Shown: positions 29,657 through 39,964, counted from the stretch's first letter. The stretch is 64,000 bases of DNA from an uncultured Planctomycetia bacterium (GCA_964642015.1 CAZXLF010000003.1:164204-228203), one strand, 5' to 3'. Notes: generated from the letters alone by a model not told the origin. Translations and numbers: made by a program.

Positions 29657-31275
29657 TGAGAATATCGATTGGTTATAGGCATGCGCCTATCCTTGCCAAA
29701 TGCCTTGGGCGTTATCTTGACCCCAGGAGGAGATTGCCTCCGCTTGTATTCGTTATTATCGACCATTCGGGCGATCTTTTTGGACACACTCACAGGAATT
29801 CCATGGCGAGCGATCTTTTCGACAGATAGATCGTTCTCAACGTATAACTCAAGAAAACGGTCCAAAACATCATAAGGAGGCAATGTATCTTGATCTTTCT
29901 GTCCGTGCCTCAATTCAGCGGTAGGAGGACGTTTAATAATACTTTCAGGAATTGACGGCCTTTGGGACAGTGAATTTCTATGCTTAGCAAGCTTAAAAAC
30001 AAGCGTTTTAGGCACATCTTTGATCACCGCAAAGCCGCCGGCCATATCCCCATAAAGCGTGCAATACCCTGTCGCCATTTCGCTTTTATTACCGGTGGTC
30101 AAAACCAAATGGCCGAACTTATTGGACAGCGCCATCAAAATATTGCCCCGAATACGTGCTTGAATATTTTCTTCTGTGGTATCCGCTGACCGGGATGAAA
30201 AAACATCCCTAAAAACAGATAAATATTTATCAAGGATGTCGTCAATCTTGAATTCAAGGCATTCGATCGAAAGATTTTCCGCGAGCTTTCTGGCATCTTT
30301 ATAAGTCTCATTAGAGGTGTAGGGCGATGGCATGGTCACGCCGATGACATTATCCGCTCCGAGAGCATCCACAGCAATGCAAGCAACAAGTGCCGAGTCG
30401 ATCCCTCCGCTTAGACCGATCAGCACCTTTTTAAATCTATTCTTTAAAATATAATCGCGCGTACCCAACACCAGCGCCTTATAAACCTCTTCCTCGGTTT
30501 TCGGCGCTTTCGGCGGAATGGACAGTTTTTTCTTCGAAAGGTCGAACGTTAAAAGCTCTTCCTCAAATCTCTTGGCAGCCGCGATCATTTTGCCCGAAGC
30601 GTCTATCGCCATGCTTCCGCCGTCAAACACCAACTCATCCTGCCCGCCCACAAGATTGTGATAGATCACCGTTCGACGCATTTTTGTCGCAAGATCTTTA
30701 ACAAGCTTTTCACGCACTGCTTGTTTATTCATAAAATAAGGCGAGGCGGATATATTGACTAGGAGTGAGATCTTATCCGAATAACTTTTTTGATAAACAA
30801 AACTTTCTTTAAGCCAAATATCCTCGCAGATCGTAATGCCAAGAGTGGATTTGCCCAGATCGACGAACCCCTCGGAAGATCCAGCGATGAAATATCGTCT
30901 TTCATCGAATACGCTGTAATTGGGCAGGTAACATTTATGATAAACATAACGGACCTTTTGATCCGATATCAGTGCCGCGGCGTTATAAAGCCTCTTTTGT
31001 TTATCCCTATCAACGAACCCGACGACCGCCATAATGCCTTTTGTCTCTCTGGCCAAAGACTCAAGCACACGGATATTCTCGGATATGAAATGATCTTTAA
31101 AAAGAATATCTTCCGGCGGATATCCGGTGATCGCCAATTCCGGAAATGTCACAAGGTCCGACCTCTCCTTTTTTGCCTGGTCGATATAACGCAGGATCTT
31201 CTCCTGATTACCTGCAAGATCACCTACCGTTGTATTGATCTGCGCTATAGAAACTCTGATAGCAGGCAGTTTCAT
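29653..31275 (-). CDS. nadE: Glutamine-dependent NAD+ synthetase
   Basis: Nitrilase domain (FPEL..TGYPPED, ICEDIW) fused to synthetase (GLSGGIDS, NIQARIRG, TGNKSE, TLYGD, PPTAEL). Confidence 0.96.
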   Translation of the reverse strand: MKLPAIRVSIAQINTTVGDLAGNQEKILRYIDQAKKERSDLVTFPELAITGYPPEDILFKDHFISENIRVLESLARETKGIMAVVGFVDRDKQKRLYNAAALISDQKVRYVYHKCYLPNYSVFDERRYFIAGSSEGFVDLGKSTLGITICEDIWLKESFVYQKSYSDKISLLVNISASPYFMNKQAVREKLVKDLATKMRRTVIYHNLVGGQDELVFDGGSMAIDASGKMIAAAKRFEEELLTFDLSKKKLSIPPKAPKTEEEVYKALVLGTRDYILKNRFKKVLIGLSGGIDSALVACIAVDALGADNVIGVTMPSPYTSNETYKDARKLAENLSIECLEFKIDDILDKYLSVFRDVFSSRSADTTEENIQARIRGNILMALSNKFGHLVLTTGNKSEMATGYCTLYGDMAGGFAVIKDVPKTLVFKLAKHRNSLSQRPSIPESIIKRPPTAELRHGQKDQDTLPPYDVLDRFLELYVENDLSVEKIARHGIPVSVSKKIARMVDNNEYKRRQSPPGVKITPKAFGKDRRMPITNRYSQ

Positions 31276-31616
31276 TAAAAATCCTTCACAGCGATCAACT
31301 GTGTATGATCATCACATTCCAGCGATAAAGCCGTCAGCTCGACGGGCCGAATCTCGGTCTGAATGATGCCCCAAAACGCGTTAAGCAGGCCGGCATCCGT
31401 AAGATCTTTATTTTTCAAAAAATCAACATGCAATCCAAGATCCCTTGAATCTATTTTTTTTATCAACACCTCACGAATTTTTTTATCCACCGCCGCTTCT
31501 TCAGATTCGCTTAATGCGCCTGTCGTCACGCTCAAAATATAATTGTGTCCGATCACACGATCGGCCTTGGTATAACTGGCGCTGAAATTAAATTTCTTTG
31601 TGCGGATAATCTTCAT
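31275..31616 (-). CDS. QueD/PTPS-like T-fold protein, apparently degenerate
   Basis: FSAS., GHNY.L.V and D...L recall 6-pyruvoyl-tetrahydropterin synthase; adjacent to folE; several catalytic residues missing. Confidence 0.6.
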   Translation of the reverse strand: MKIIRTKKFNFSASYTKADRVIGHNYILSVTTGALSESEEAAVDKKIREVLIKKIDSRDLGLHVDFLKNKDLTDAGLLNAFWGIIQTEIRPVELTALSLECDDHTQLIAVKDF

Positions 31617-31647
31617 GGGAGGAAACCAAAAATTTTAATGCGCGGAC

Positions 31648-32208
31648 CTATTTCCGGTCTACTAAATTCATAAATTCCATGCGTGTCGCGCGGTCCGAAC
31701 GAAACACGCCAAGCATGGTGCTTGTCACGCAAATTGCATTTTGTTTCTCAACGCCTCGCATCGCCATGCAAAGATGCAACGCCTCAATGATGACCCCGAC
31801 TCCCAAAGGTTTTAGAGATTCCTCTAAACAATTGGCGATCTGATGCGTCAGGCGTTCTTGAACCTGTAAACGGCGGGCGAACATGTCTACGATCCGCGGG
31901 ATCTTGCTTAAACCAATGATCCTGCCGTTGGGGATATATGCCACGTGACATTTTCCGTAAAAAGGCAAAAGATGATGCTCGCACAGGCTGAAAAGATCTA
32001 TGTCTTTCATCAACACCATCTCATCATATTCTTCATCAAAAACCGCGCCATTCAATATTTCGGAAGAGGTTTTTTTATAGCCGCTAGTCAGATATTTGTA
32101 GGACGCTTCTACGCGCTGAGGGGTTTTTTTTAAGCCTTGACGGAAGGGGTCCTCATTGATCGAGATCAAAAGCTCACGGGTAAGATCTTCTATTTTCTTT
32201 TTTTTCAT
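31648..32208 (-). CDS. folE: GTP cyclohydrolase I
   Basis: [40 protein letters not shown]; start moved to ATG 32208. Confidence 0.96.
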   Translation of the reverse strand: MKKKKIEDLTRELLISINEDPFRQGLKKTPQRVEASYKYLTSGYKKTSSEILNGAVFDEEYDEMVLMKDIDLFSLCEHHLLPFYGKCHVAYIPNGRIIGLSKIPRIVDMFARRLQVQERLTHQIANCLEESLKPLGVGVIIEALHLCMAMRGVEKQNAICVTSTMLGVFRSDRATRMEFMNLVDRK

Positions 32209-32246
32209 GGATTGATTATAGGGCTTGCAGAATGGCGATTCAACAC

Positions 32247-32295
32247 AAAAAAATTGCCCTTTTGACCGCTTATCTCTAAACAATCAAAAGGGCAA
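32247..32295 (-). terminator. Rho-independent terminator
   Basis: TTGCCCTTTTGA ... TCAAAAGGGCAA with an A-run on + strand. Confidence 0.72.
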
Positions 32296-32312
32296 CAAAT
32301 AAATAGTTCTAT

Positions 32313-32657
32313 TTATTCTAAACGAGCCTTTTCAGGGTTAATGAGCGGCTGCTTTTTTGGAATCCAGAAAGTGAGCAGGTCAATCGCGCCTGCGCCTACT
32401 CTATGGATCGTCTTGCGAACGCCGATCGCACCGCCGGCAACAACACCAGTGAGCTGATCACCGGTAGTTTTGCCTTTGGCAGCTTCTGCGTGTGTGCTGT
32501 CAAGGACTTCCACCCAACCAGTCGCCGCATTACGCGAACCGACTTGTACGTTTTTCACCTGATCCTTGCCGTCATTGGATCCAGCATCCGCAAACGCAGG
32601 AAGAGTGAAAACCGTGACCACTGCTAACACGGAAAAGAACGCTACTAATTTCTTCAC
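32313..32657 (-). CDS. Exported small protein resembling the TIGR04073 exosortase-system-associated family (divergent)
   Basis: Signal peptide; G.RN..TGWVE ... R.GAG..D..TF.P..P..I.PE pattern shared with 51663-51989; GTG start with SD AAGGAGG. Confidence 0.55.
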   Translation of the reverse strand: MKKLVAFFSVLAVVTVFTLPAFADAGSNDGKDQVKNVQVGSRNAATGWVEVLDSTHAEAAKGKTTGDQLTGVVAGGAIGVRKTIHRVGAGAIDLLTFWIPKKQPLINPEKARLE

Positions 32658-32846
32658 TTAAGCCTCCTTAATTTATATTCATGAGAACACATTCGGCGAT
32701 TAATGTATCACAACTGTCAAATTCATGCAAGCAAATTTTAACATCCCTTGGCCAACCATATATTCCTGTGAATTTTTCATATTTTTTATGACTTTTCTAT
32801 TAAAATTCATAACTTATAGGAATATGATTACATCTATTTAACAATT

Positions 32847-33350
32847 TTAACGGAAATTCAGGAACTGAAGATCGATACCAAAATCTTTCTGCTTAACATA
32901 GCCAATGGTTGATTGAAGATCGTCGATCTTTGGGGATTGGACGCGAACTTGATCTTCTTGGATCTGAGCTTGAACTTTGATCTTTGATTCTTTAATGCTT
33001 TTGACGATCTCTTTGGCTTTATCGGAAGGAATGCCATTTTGGATCGTGACGACCTGTTTGACCGAACCGCCAACCATCCCAGTCTCTACGGTCTCAAATT
33101 TCAGCGCCTTCAAAGATACGTTGCGCTTAACACATTTGGTCTGAAGCAGATCAACGAGAGTTTTTAGACGATATTCATTTTCCGTTTTAAGCGTGACTGT
33201 TTTCTGCGTTTTATCCAATTCAATCGAGCTCTCCGATCCTTTAAAATCAAATCGCTGGCTTAACTCTTTTTTTGCCTGCTGCACGGCATTATCGATTTCC
33301 TGCATATTCACTTCGGAAACAATATCGAATGAATGGTCTTTGGATCCCAT
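32847..33350 (-). CDS. yajQ: YajQ family nucleotide-binding protein
   Basis: SFDIVSEV..QE.DNAV.QA.KE...RFDFKGS, KVQAQIQ.DQVRV, DDLQ, LQF.NFR. Confidence 0.93.
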   Translation of the reverse strand: MGSKDHSFDIVSEVNMQEIDNAVQQAKKELSQRFDFKGSESSIELDKTQKTVTLKTENEYRLKTLVDLLQTKCVKRNVSLKALKFETVETGMVGGSVKQVVTIQNGIPSDKAKEIVKSIKESKIKVQAQIQEDQVRVQSPKIDDLQSTIGYVKQKDFGIDLQFLNFR

Positions 33351-33352
33351 AG

Positions 33353-34243
33353 TTATCTCGCGTTTAGCGGAACGCTTGATATCATTTTTTTAACGGAAAC
33401 TCCCAACTCGCTCAAATTTTTTACCACTTCGATGCCTTTAGCGCTTAATGCATTCATTTTTTCCTGCGCTGTCCCGTGAGATCCGGAAACAATTGCGCCT
33501 GCGTGACCCATACGCTTACCCTTGGGCGCTGTTGCGCCGGCAATAAACGCAGCCACTTTCTTTTTCATGTTCTTCTGTATATACCCGGCAGCTTCCTCTT
33601 CCTGGCTCCCGCCGATCTCCCCTATCATTAAAACCGCCTCGGTCTGAGGATCTTGCTCAAATAATTTTAGTGCATCAATGAACCCGGTACCAATCACTGG
33701 ATCGCCGCCGATGCCGATACATGTTGTTTGTCCAAGACCGGCATTGGTAAGCTGCCACACCGCTTCATAAGTTAACGTGCCGCTTCTTGAAATAACGCCG
33801 ATATTCCCTTTTTTGTGGATATATCCTGGCATAATCCCAATTTTACATTCTTCGGATGTGATGATTCCTGGGCAATTTGGGCCGATTATCGTAACATTCT
33901 TCGCTTTCGCATATTCAACGGCCCGGATCATATCCAGTGTTGGAATACCTTCGGTGATGCAAACAATCAGTTTTATTCCCGCGTCTATAGCCTCAATCAA
34001 CGCAGCCAAAGCAAAAGCGGCCGGCACATAGACCATCGATGCGCTGGCGCCTGTTTTCCCTACCGCTTCTTTTACAGTATCAAAAACGGGTATTGATCCT
34101 ACAAAGGAACCTCCTTTTTTTGGAGTCACACCACCGACAAGCTTCGTGCCGTACTCAAGGCATTTCTGCGCATGAAAGCTACCTGCTTTTCCGGTAATGC
34201 CCTGGCAAATGACTTTAGTCTGCTTATCAATGAGAATTGACAT
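33353..34243 (-). CDS. sucD: Succinyl-CoA synthetase alpha subunit
   Basis: [33 protein letters not shown]. Confidence 0.97.
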   Translation of the reverse strand: MSILIDKQTKVICQGITGKAGSFHAQKCLEYGTKLVGGVTPKKGGSFVGSIPVFDTVKEAVGKTGASASMVYVPAAFALAALIEAIDAGIKLIVCITEGIPTLDMIRAVEYAKAKNVTIIGPNCPGIITSEECKIGIMPGYIHKKGNIGVISRSGTLTYEAVWQLTNAGLGQTTCIGIGGDPVIGTGFIDALKLFEQDPQTEAVLMIGEIGGSQEEEAAGYIQKNMKKKVAAFIAGATAPKGKRMGHAGAIVSGSHGTAQEKMNALSAKGIEVVKNLSELGVSVKKMISSVPLNAR

Positions 34244-35417
34244 GCGAATCCCTATATTCTTTCGCTTTCAAGACAGCCATCCGAGCCGCTTCTTCGATCG
34301 TGGCGCACGAGATGATCTTGAGATCGGAATTTTTCAAAAGCGTCCTGCCTTCTTCAACGCGCGTACCTTCAAGTCTCACGACCAGAGGAACTTGAAGCTG
34401 GACCTCATGAGACGCTTCGATTACCCCTTGCGCGATCACATCGCACTTCATGATACCGCCGAAAATATTCACAAAAATGGCTTCGACACGCCCATCCTGT
34501 AAAATGATCTTAAACCCTTCTCTGACCTGATCGACTGTGGCGCCGCCTCCGACATCTAAAAAGTTGGCCGGCTCGCCGCCCGCAAGCTTGATCATGTCCA
34601 TCGTTGCCATCGCCAAACCGGCTCCATTTACCAGACAGCCGATATTTCCGTTCATCGAAACATAACTCAATCCGAATTCTTTGGCTCTGCTTTCACGGAT
34701 GTCCTCTTCGTCAGGATCTTTTAATGACCGGATATCCTCATGCCTAAAAAGAGCGTTATCATCGAAAACGATCTTGGCGTCAAGCGCCAAAACTTTCCCA
34801 TCTTTTGATAAAACTAGCGGATTGATTTCACAGATCGAAGCATCTTTCTGGACAAAAAGGTGGGCTAATTTTTCGCCGATATCACAGATCTGCTTTGCAA
34901 TATTTTCATCAGGGATACTTTTTTTAATAACAGGCAGGATCGAAGCGCTTGAAGGCAGGTTATCGGGAGAAAAATGGATTTTCAGGATCGCTTCTGGGTT
35001 TTTTATGGCAACTTCTTCGATCTCCACTCCGCCCTCTTTAGAAAAAAGGATTACAGGCAAGCCCACTGATCTATCCACAACAATACCCAAATAATATTCA
35101 GACTGAATAGCGATGTCCTCGGCGATCAACACCGCTTTGACGATCTTGGATTCACCTCCGGATTGATAAGTGGAGAAAGGTCTCCCTATAAATTTTTCGC
35201 AGAATGCGGTCGCCTCATTCGCGCTTTTGACAACCTGAACGCCGCCAGCTTTTCCGCGTCCGCCCATAAGTACCTGGACTTTTGCGATGCCGTTTGGATT
35301 TCCGACGCGTTTCAAAATATCCGACGCCTGACCAGCGCTTGTCACCACCTCACCGCGTGAGACCGGGATCCGAAATGTTTGCAAAAGCGCTCTTGCCTGA
35401 TACTCGTGGATCTTCAC
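34227..35417 (-). CDS. sucC: Succinyl-CoA synthetase beta subunit
   Basis: [50 protein letters not shown]. Confidence 0.97.
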   Translation of the reverse strand: MKIHEYQARALLQTFRIPVSRGEVVTSAGQASDILKRVGNPNGIAKVQVLMGGRGKAGGVQVVKSANEATAFCEKFIGRPFSTYQSGGESKIVKAVLIAEDIAIQSEYYLGIVVDRSVGLPVILFSKEGGVEIEEVAIKNPEAILKIHFSPDNLPSSASILPVIKKSIPDENIAKQICDIGEKLAHLFVQKDASICEINPLVLSKDGKVLALDAKIVFDDNALFRHEDIRSLKDPDEEDIRESRAKEFGLSYVSMNGNIGCLVNGAGLAMATMDMIKLAGGEPANFLDVGGGATVDQVREGFKIILQDGRVEAIFVNIFGGIMKCDVIAQGVIEASHEVQLQVPLVVRLEGTRVEEGRTLLKNSDLKIISCATIEEAARMAVLKAKEYRDSHVNSH

Positions 35418-35437
35418 TTAAATTTCCTTATGAAATT

Positions 35438-36409
35438 TCATGCGGTCTTGGAAGAGCTGATTTCGTGAAGCCCCAGTCTTTCTACCTCGGCTATTCCCTG
35501 TTTGACCTTATCAGCGGATAACATAAGACCTTTCTTTTCCTCAGCGGCGAGATCTATTTCAATGACTTTTTCAACGCCATTTTTCCCTAATTGTGCCGGG
35601 GCTCCAAAATAAACATCTTTGATCCCGTATTCTCCATGCAGATAAGCACAAACCGGGAGAGTCTTTTTTTCGTCTTTCAATATCGCTTTGACCATTTCAC
35701 AAACAGAGCTCGCCGGCGCATAGAAAGCGCTGCCAGTCTTAAGAAGCGCCACTATCTCCGCTCCTCCGTCCCTCGTCCTCTGCTCGATCTTGGCTAACTC
35801 ATCCGAAGGAATAAGTTCTTTAATGGATTTTCCATTGGCTTTGGAATGGCTGGATACAGGGACCATCAAGTCTCCATGTCCGCCTAGAACAACGGCATTC
35901 ACCTCACGTGGAATACAGGACAACTTCTCAGCGATGAAAAATCTCATCCGAGCTGTGTCCAACACTCCCGCCATACCAAAAACTCGTTTTTCAGGAAAAC
36001 CGGTGACCTTCTGCGCTAGATAGGTCATAATATCCAACGGATTCGTCACGATGATCAACTTGGATTCCGGTGCGTACTTCCGGACATTGGAACAAACATC
36101 CGTAATGATCTTCGCATTCATTGATAAGAGATCTTCGCGTGTCATTCCAGGTTTTCGCGGTAACCCAGCCGTTACCACAACGATCTCAGCGCCTTCGATA
36201 TCTTTATAATCGTTCGTGCCCATGATAAAGCGGTCGTGGCCTTCTATCGGCGCAGCTTCCATAAGATCGAGTGCTTTGCCCTGAGGCATTCCTTGGACCA
36301 CATCAAAAAGCACCACATCCGAGAGATTTTTTTCAAGGATGCGCTGAGCAGCGGTCGCTCCGACCTGACCGGCCCCGATTACGGCTACGAATGGTCTTCG
36401 AATTTTCAA
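35438..36409 (-). CDS. mdh: Malate dehydrogenase (LDH-like)
   Basis: GAGQVG, TAGLPRKPGMTREDL, VTNPLD, GMAGVLDTAR, GGHGD, GSAFYAP. Confidence 0.95.
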   Translation of the reverse strand: MKIRRPFVAVIGAGQVGATAAQRILEKNLSDVVLFDVVQGMPQGKALDLMEAAPIEGHDRFIMGTNDYKDIEGAEIVVVTAGLPRKPGMTREDLLSMNAKIITDVCSNVRKYAPESKLIIVTNPLDIMTYLAQKVTGFPEKRVFGMAGVLDTARMRFFIAEKLSCIPREVNAVVLGGHGDLMVPVSSHSKANGKSIKELIPSDELAKIEQRTRDGGAEIVALLKTGSAFYAPASSVCEMVKAILKDEKKTLPVCAYLHGEYGIKDVYFGAPAQLGKNGVEKVIEIDLAAEEKKGLMLSADKVKQGIAEVERLGLHEISSSKTA

Positions 36410-36440
36410 TTTAAAATTCCTCCTTTAAGGTCGCATGAAA

Positions 36441-37172
36441 TCAAGAACGGCATACAGCCATAAGATCAATGCTGTCATCGATCGTCGATTTCTTCAGCCA
36501 ATGGAAATCGTCCACAGTTATTTTCTGGAAATAGTTGCTGACGGGATTGAATGCCGTCGGCGTAAAATTAAAAACCCCGATCTTCTTTAAACGCTCAAAA
36601 AAAGCATGCCTCAGCTTAGGATATAATCCATAAAGCGTCACCTGACTAAAAAAGGGCTTAAGAAACGCTTCGAGATCCCCTGCTGTGAACTCTTTGTCAT
36701 GATGCGGTGCTTTGAAGTACGGCTTCCCTGGTTTCTGGTTTTTTTTAAGATTCAGCGTAGAAAAACAGACCACTCCTCCGCTTCGAGTTACGCGTTTGAT
36801 ACCTTTCACAAAAGAATTCAGTTCGGCTTGAGGAATGTGCTCGATAACCTGAAAAGATATTGTCAGGTCAAAATACTGGTCCGGCCACTGAAGATCCGTG
36901 GCATTCATTTTTAAAAATTGGAGGTTTGACTTCCTATATTTTGCCACCGCTGTGCGGACGTTTTGATCAAAAAGATCTATCGCCTTTACCTCATGCGCGG
37001 TATCAGCCAAAAAAGATGAACCGTACCCATCCCCAAAGCCTATCTCGAGAACTTTACCTCTGCAAAACTGACGCGCAAAATAATAAGCGCTCAGATGCTT
37101 GGCAACAAACCGCGGTGAGTCCTTTTCGGGATCAATGCCCCCGTGTTCTGAGACTACAAAATCGTCAGCCAA
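36441..37172 (-). CDS. Class I SAM-dependent methyltransferase
   Basis: H..AY, VLEIGFGDGYG, FD...SFQVIEH. Confidence 0.88.
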   Translation of the reverse strand: MADDFVVSEHGGIDPEKDSPRFVAKHLSAYYFARQFCRGKVLEIGFGDGYGSSFLADTAHEVKAIDLFDQNVRTAVAKYRKSNLQFLKMNATDLQWPDQYFDLTISFQVIEHIPQAELNSFVKGIKRVTRSGGVVCFSTLNLKKNQKPGKPYFKAPHHDKEFTAGDLEAFLKPFFSQVTLYGLYPKLRHAFFERLKKIGVFNFTPTAFNPVSNYFQKITVDDFHWLKKSTIDDSIDLMAVCRS

Positions 37173-37614
37173 CTAATATCTTTCCCAGCGCTTCGCTCAC
37201 ACGTTTTGCGTCCGCGCTACCAGATAATTTTTCAGTAAGCAATTTCATCATCTTCCCAAAATCTTTTTTCGACGTGGCACCCGCCGCGGCGACTTCCTTA
37301 CCGATAAGGTCATTCAGCTCGACGTCGGACAATTGTTTCGGGAGATAGCTCTCAAGTATTTCGGACTCCCGTATTTCCTTATCAGCCAATTCCTTGCGGC
37401 CGCCCTTAACGAATTGATCAATGGATTCCTTGCGCTGTTTGATCTGCTTCTGGATGATCTGCTGGATATCGGCATCGGTAAGCGTTTCCGCTTTTTTATC
37501 AATCGCGCTATATTTTAGGGCTGATTTAAGGAACCGCAACGTCGAAAGCTTGGTTTCGTCGCGGGAGATCATCGCCTGCTTTAAATCCTGGTCGATTTTT
37601 TCCTGTAAAGACAC
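37165..37614 (-). CDS. GatB/YqeY domain protein
   Basis: LK.AM..RD, KQ.KQRKESI..F..GGR.EL, YLPKQLS; likely GTG start at 37614 after GGAGG. Confidence 0.92.
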   Translation of the reverse strand: MSLQEKIDQDLKQAMISRDETKLSTLRFLKSALKYSAIDKKAETLTDADIQQIIQKQIKQRKESIDQFVKGGRKELADKEIRESEILESYLPKQLSDVELNDLIGKEVAAAGATSKKDFGKMMKLLTEKLSGSADAKRVSEALGKILVG

Positions 37615-37641
37615 AACTTCCTCCTGAATCTTAAAAATTTT

Positions 37642-37681
37642 AAGGGGAGGCCGCAATCCGCAAAGATTACAACCTCCCCTT
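37642..37681 (-). terminator. Stem-loop/terminator after 37704-38072
   Basis: AAGGGGAGG ... CCTCCCCTT inverted repeat. Confidence 0.55.
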
Positions 37682-37703
37682 GAACCCGTTTAAATCCGAG
37701 CGT

Positions 37704-38072
37704 TTATTTCTTGTCTTCTTCTGCGGCCTTTACCGGAACCTGAACTGTCTCAGCAGTAGTCTGACCGGCTGTTTGAAGCGTGCCTACGGTCGCATCACCG
37801 ACGATATTTCCCGTCTTGGCCACATCCCCCTTCAACACTTCAGAAGTATTCTCGCCTGTTTTCGCGACAACCTTTTCCCCTGTGTTCTGAAGAGTATTAG
37901 CCGTCATTCCCGCCGTTTCCTGGGTAGCTTTCACAGGGTAGTGGAAAAGCCTTCTAAAAAAGCCTGTCACGCTGTTCTCTGAGTCACTGGCAGCAAATGA
38001 GGTTGAAGCCATCGACAACGAAAAAATCCCGAATAGTAAAAAAGCCGAAAATTTCTTGAGTGATCGAAACAT
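37704..38072 (-). CDS. Exported hypothetical protein with Thr/Gly/Ala-rich 11-residue-like helical repeats
   Basis: Signal peptide ending SFA; repeats such as TLQNTGEK, KTGEN, KTGN, TLQTAGQ; SD AGGAGG. Confidence 0.7.
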   Translation of the reverse strand: MFRSLKKFSAFLLFGIFSLSMASTSFAASDSENSVTGFFRRLFHYPVKATQETAGMTANTLQNTGEKVVAKTGENTSEVLKGDVAKTGNIVGDATVGTLQTAGQTTAETVQVPVKAAEEDKK

Positions 38073-38140
38073 TAAAGCCTCCTAGGTTAATTTTGGGTAT
38101 TATAAAAACAGCTCTTGGCTAAGTCAAGAAAATACTGGTT

Positions 38141-39676
38141 CTAAGGGTTGGCGACGATCTCGTAATCCGCCGTAATTCGCGGATCGGTATTGGTAAGCAA
38201 AAGGTACATTTTATCGATATCCGAAGCTTGAAGACCCTCTTTTTTGAGCCAATCTTTTAAATGGAGCGTTGTTATTGCGCCTGATTTTACGGGGCCTATA
38301 TCCTTTGTCAGAAGCGATCCACCCTTGGTCATGATCACGCTTTGCACTTCTAACGGAAGCCCGGTCCCTTTATGGGCGATGCCAAAGTCGGGCACGGTCA
38401 TATCGCTTGGATCCAGATCGATCTGAACATAATCTGTCGCCCAGCCAGAAACATCTGCTTTTTCGGTGTTGTCACCGGCCACTCCCGGTTCTCCAAACTT
38501 TGCTGACATGTTTTCCCATTTCCCCACCCAATCCGTACGGCATATTTTACCAAGTAAATTTTTACCGCCGTCACCGTCTAAAATATAAAAATCCCCATTC
38601 GCATAAACTAAATGCGTTTTAGCTATCTCTTTGAGGAACGCCTCGTCGTCCTTTAAACCGAAATCTTTAAGCAATATCGCCATCGCAAATGTCTTAAGCA
38701 GCTTGTTGAACGGCGTCTTTGTGGCTTTTTCAAGGGAAGATTCAAAACCTTGATTGGAATAATTCCTGAAATCCCGACTCAATTTTTCTATCACAGGCAT
38801 CCCGTAATTATGGTCGATAAAACGCCAAAAGAGCGCATTTTCGTACCTCAGATCCGTAAATGGCTGATCAGGATAGCGCATGAAATAATTGGACCCGCCG
38901 CGTGAAAAACGGATCTTATCGGGCAATGTTTGCTTAAAGCCCTGTGAGAAAAAATCATGTCTTGCGCCGGCAAACGTCTCGAAATACCTGGCCAGCCCCT
39001 CCACATACCAATCCACCTTTCGGCCCGCACCGCTTCCCATGGTTTCTTGGAATCCTGAATCTTTATTCAGGTTTTTATTGTAATAAAAAAGGATCACGTG
39101 TAGCATCTCATGGATCAGAGTGCCCCTGAGGTCAACATTCACGTTGCGCGTACCAAGCGACGAAGGATTGATCTTTTCCCAGTTTTTGATGAACTCTCGA
39201 TAATTGGCAGGAAGCAGTATCACCGCTTCATAAGCAGTCTCCGAAACTTTAAGTGTGTCGAAACAGGGCGCATCCTTGAATGAAAGACCATTGAAACCGC
39301 GACTCAATATGCTCGCATCATTTGAAGAATCGCCTAAATAGATATCGATGGTCTTGTCGGGGTCGTAAGCATAACTTTTATCCGGGTCGGCAAAAGAAAA
39401 ACCTGCGGTTGAAAAACCTTCAAACTGAGTAATTGTCTGATAAGCCTGAACGGCTGAATCCAGTACCTCTTTCGCAAAACGGGAATTTTCTCCATACCGC
39501 TTGAGGATCCGCTCGTTATAATGGACTCTAATCCCGACCCCATCGCCAAATCGGTACTCGTAGGATCTGTCCAATGAATTCTCTAAATCAGCGGCCAAAA
39601 GAGTTCCTTGAGAAATAAAAAAAGAAATCCCGATGGCCATCAAGGAAAAACAACGAGTTTTTACGAAGAACCGCAT
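38141..39676 (-). CDS. Secreted zinc metallopeptidase-like protein (gluzincin, clan MA)
   Basis: Signal peptide; HEMLH (HExxH) followed by W.VEGLA.YFE (third-ligand Glu). Confidence 0.7.
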   Translation of the reverse strand: MRFFVKTRCFSLMAIGISFFISQGTLLAADLENSLDRSYEYRFGDGVGIRVHYNERILKRYGENSRFAKEVLDSAVQAYQTITQFEGFSTAGFSFADPDKSYAYDPDKTIDIYLGDSSNDASILSRGFNGLSFKDAPCFDTLKVSETAYEAVILLPANYREFIKNWEKINPSSLGTRNVNVDLRGTLIHEMLHVILFYYNKNLNKDSGFQETMGSGAGRKVDWYVEGLARYFETFAGARHDFFSQGFKQTLPDKIRFSRGGSNYFMRYPDQPFTDLRYENALFWRFIDHNYGMPVIEKLSRDFRNYSNQGFESSLEKATKTPFNKLLKTFAMAILLKDFGLKDDEAFLKEIAKTHLVYANGDFYILDGDGGKNLLGKICRTDWVGKWENMSAKFGEPGVAGDNTEKADVSGWATDYVQIDLDPSDMTVPDFGIAHKGTGLPLEVQSVIMTKGGSLLTKDIGPVKSGAITTLHLKDWLKKEGLQASDIDKMYLLLTNTDPRITADYEIVANP

Positions 39677-39732
39677 ATGAACCCTGTTCTTGCCGGGCTA
39701 ACGCCTGAACGGATGGGTATGCGGATTTTTTA

Positions 39733-39875
39733 GTCAGCAACCCAGCCGCCATACCCTCTTTTGGGTTTAGGCCTGTGGCTTTGCCTGCTCGCCTTTTTAG
39801 CGAGCATGCCGCCCGTCTTGAGGTTATCAAGACAGGTGGCGTCCTCCCGTTTCCGGAAGTTTGCCCGTCATTTCT
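39733..39875 (-). promoter_or_regulatory. c-di-GMP-I (GEMM-I) riboswitch, variant with a 56-nt internal insertion
   Basis: Minus strand: GGGCAAAC-TTCCG-GAAA-CGGGAG-GAC-[56 nt]-GCAAAGCCACAGGCCTAAACCC...GGGTATGGCGGCTGGGTTGCTGA, matching the GEMM-I core; lies in the 5' leader of the protease gene. Confidence 0.85.
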
Positions 39876-39899
39876 TTGACTTATTAAATTTCTTAAAGA

Positions 39900-39928
39900 A
39901 GTATACATTCAAAAAGGCCATATTTCAA
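39900..39928 (-). promoter_or_regulatory. Sigma70-type promoter driving the riboswitch/protease transcript
   Basis: Minus strand TTGAAA-17 nt-TATACT. Confidence 0.7.
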
Positions 39929-39964
39929 TGGCCTGCTTGAATAGATTGTATAACTAAATAGCTC

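Noticed and set aside
39588-39908. 106-aa ORF upstream of the protease
   Set aside because: It starts within the promoter and runs through the riboswitch; the RNA structure explains the sequence better
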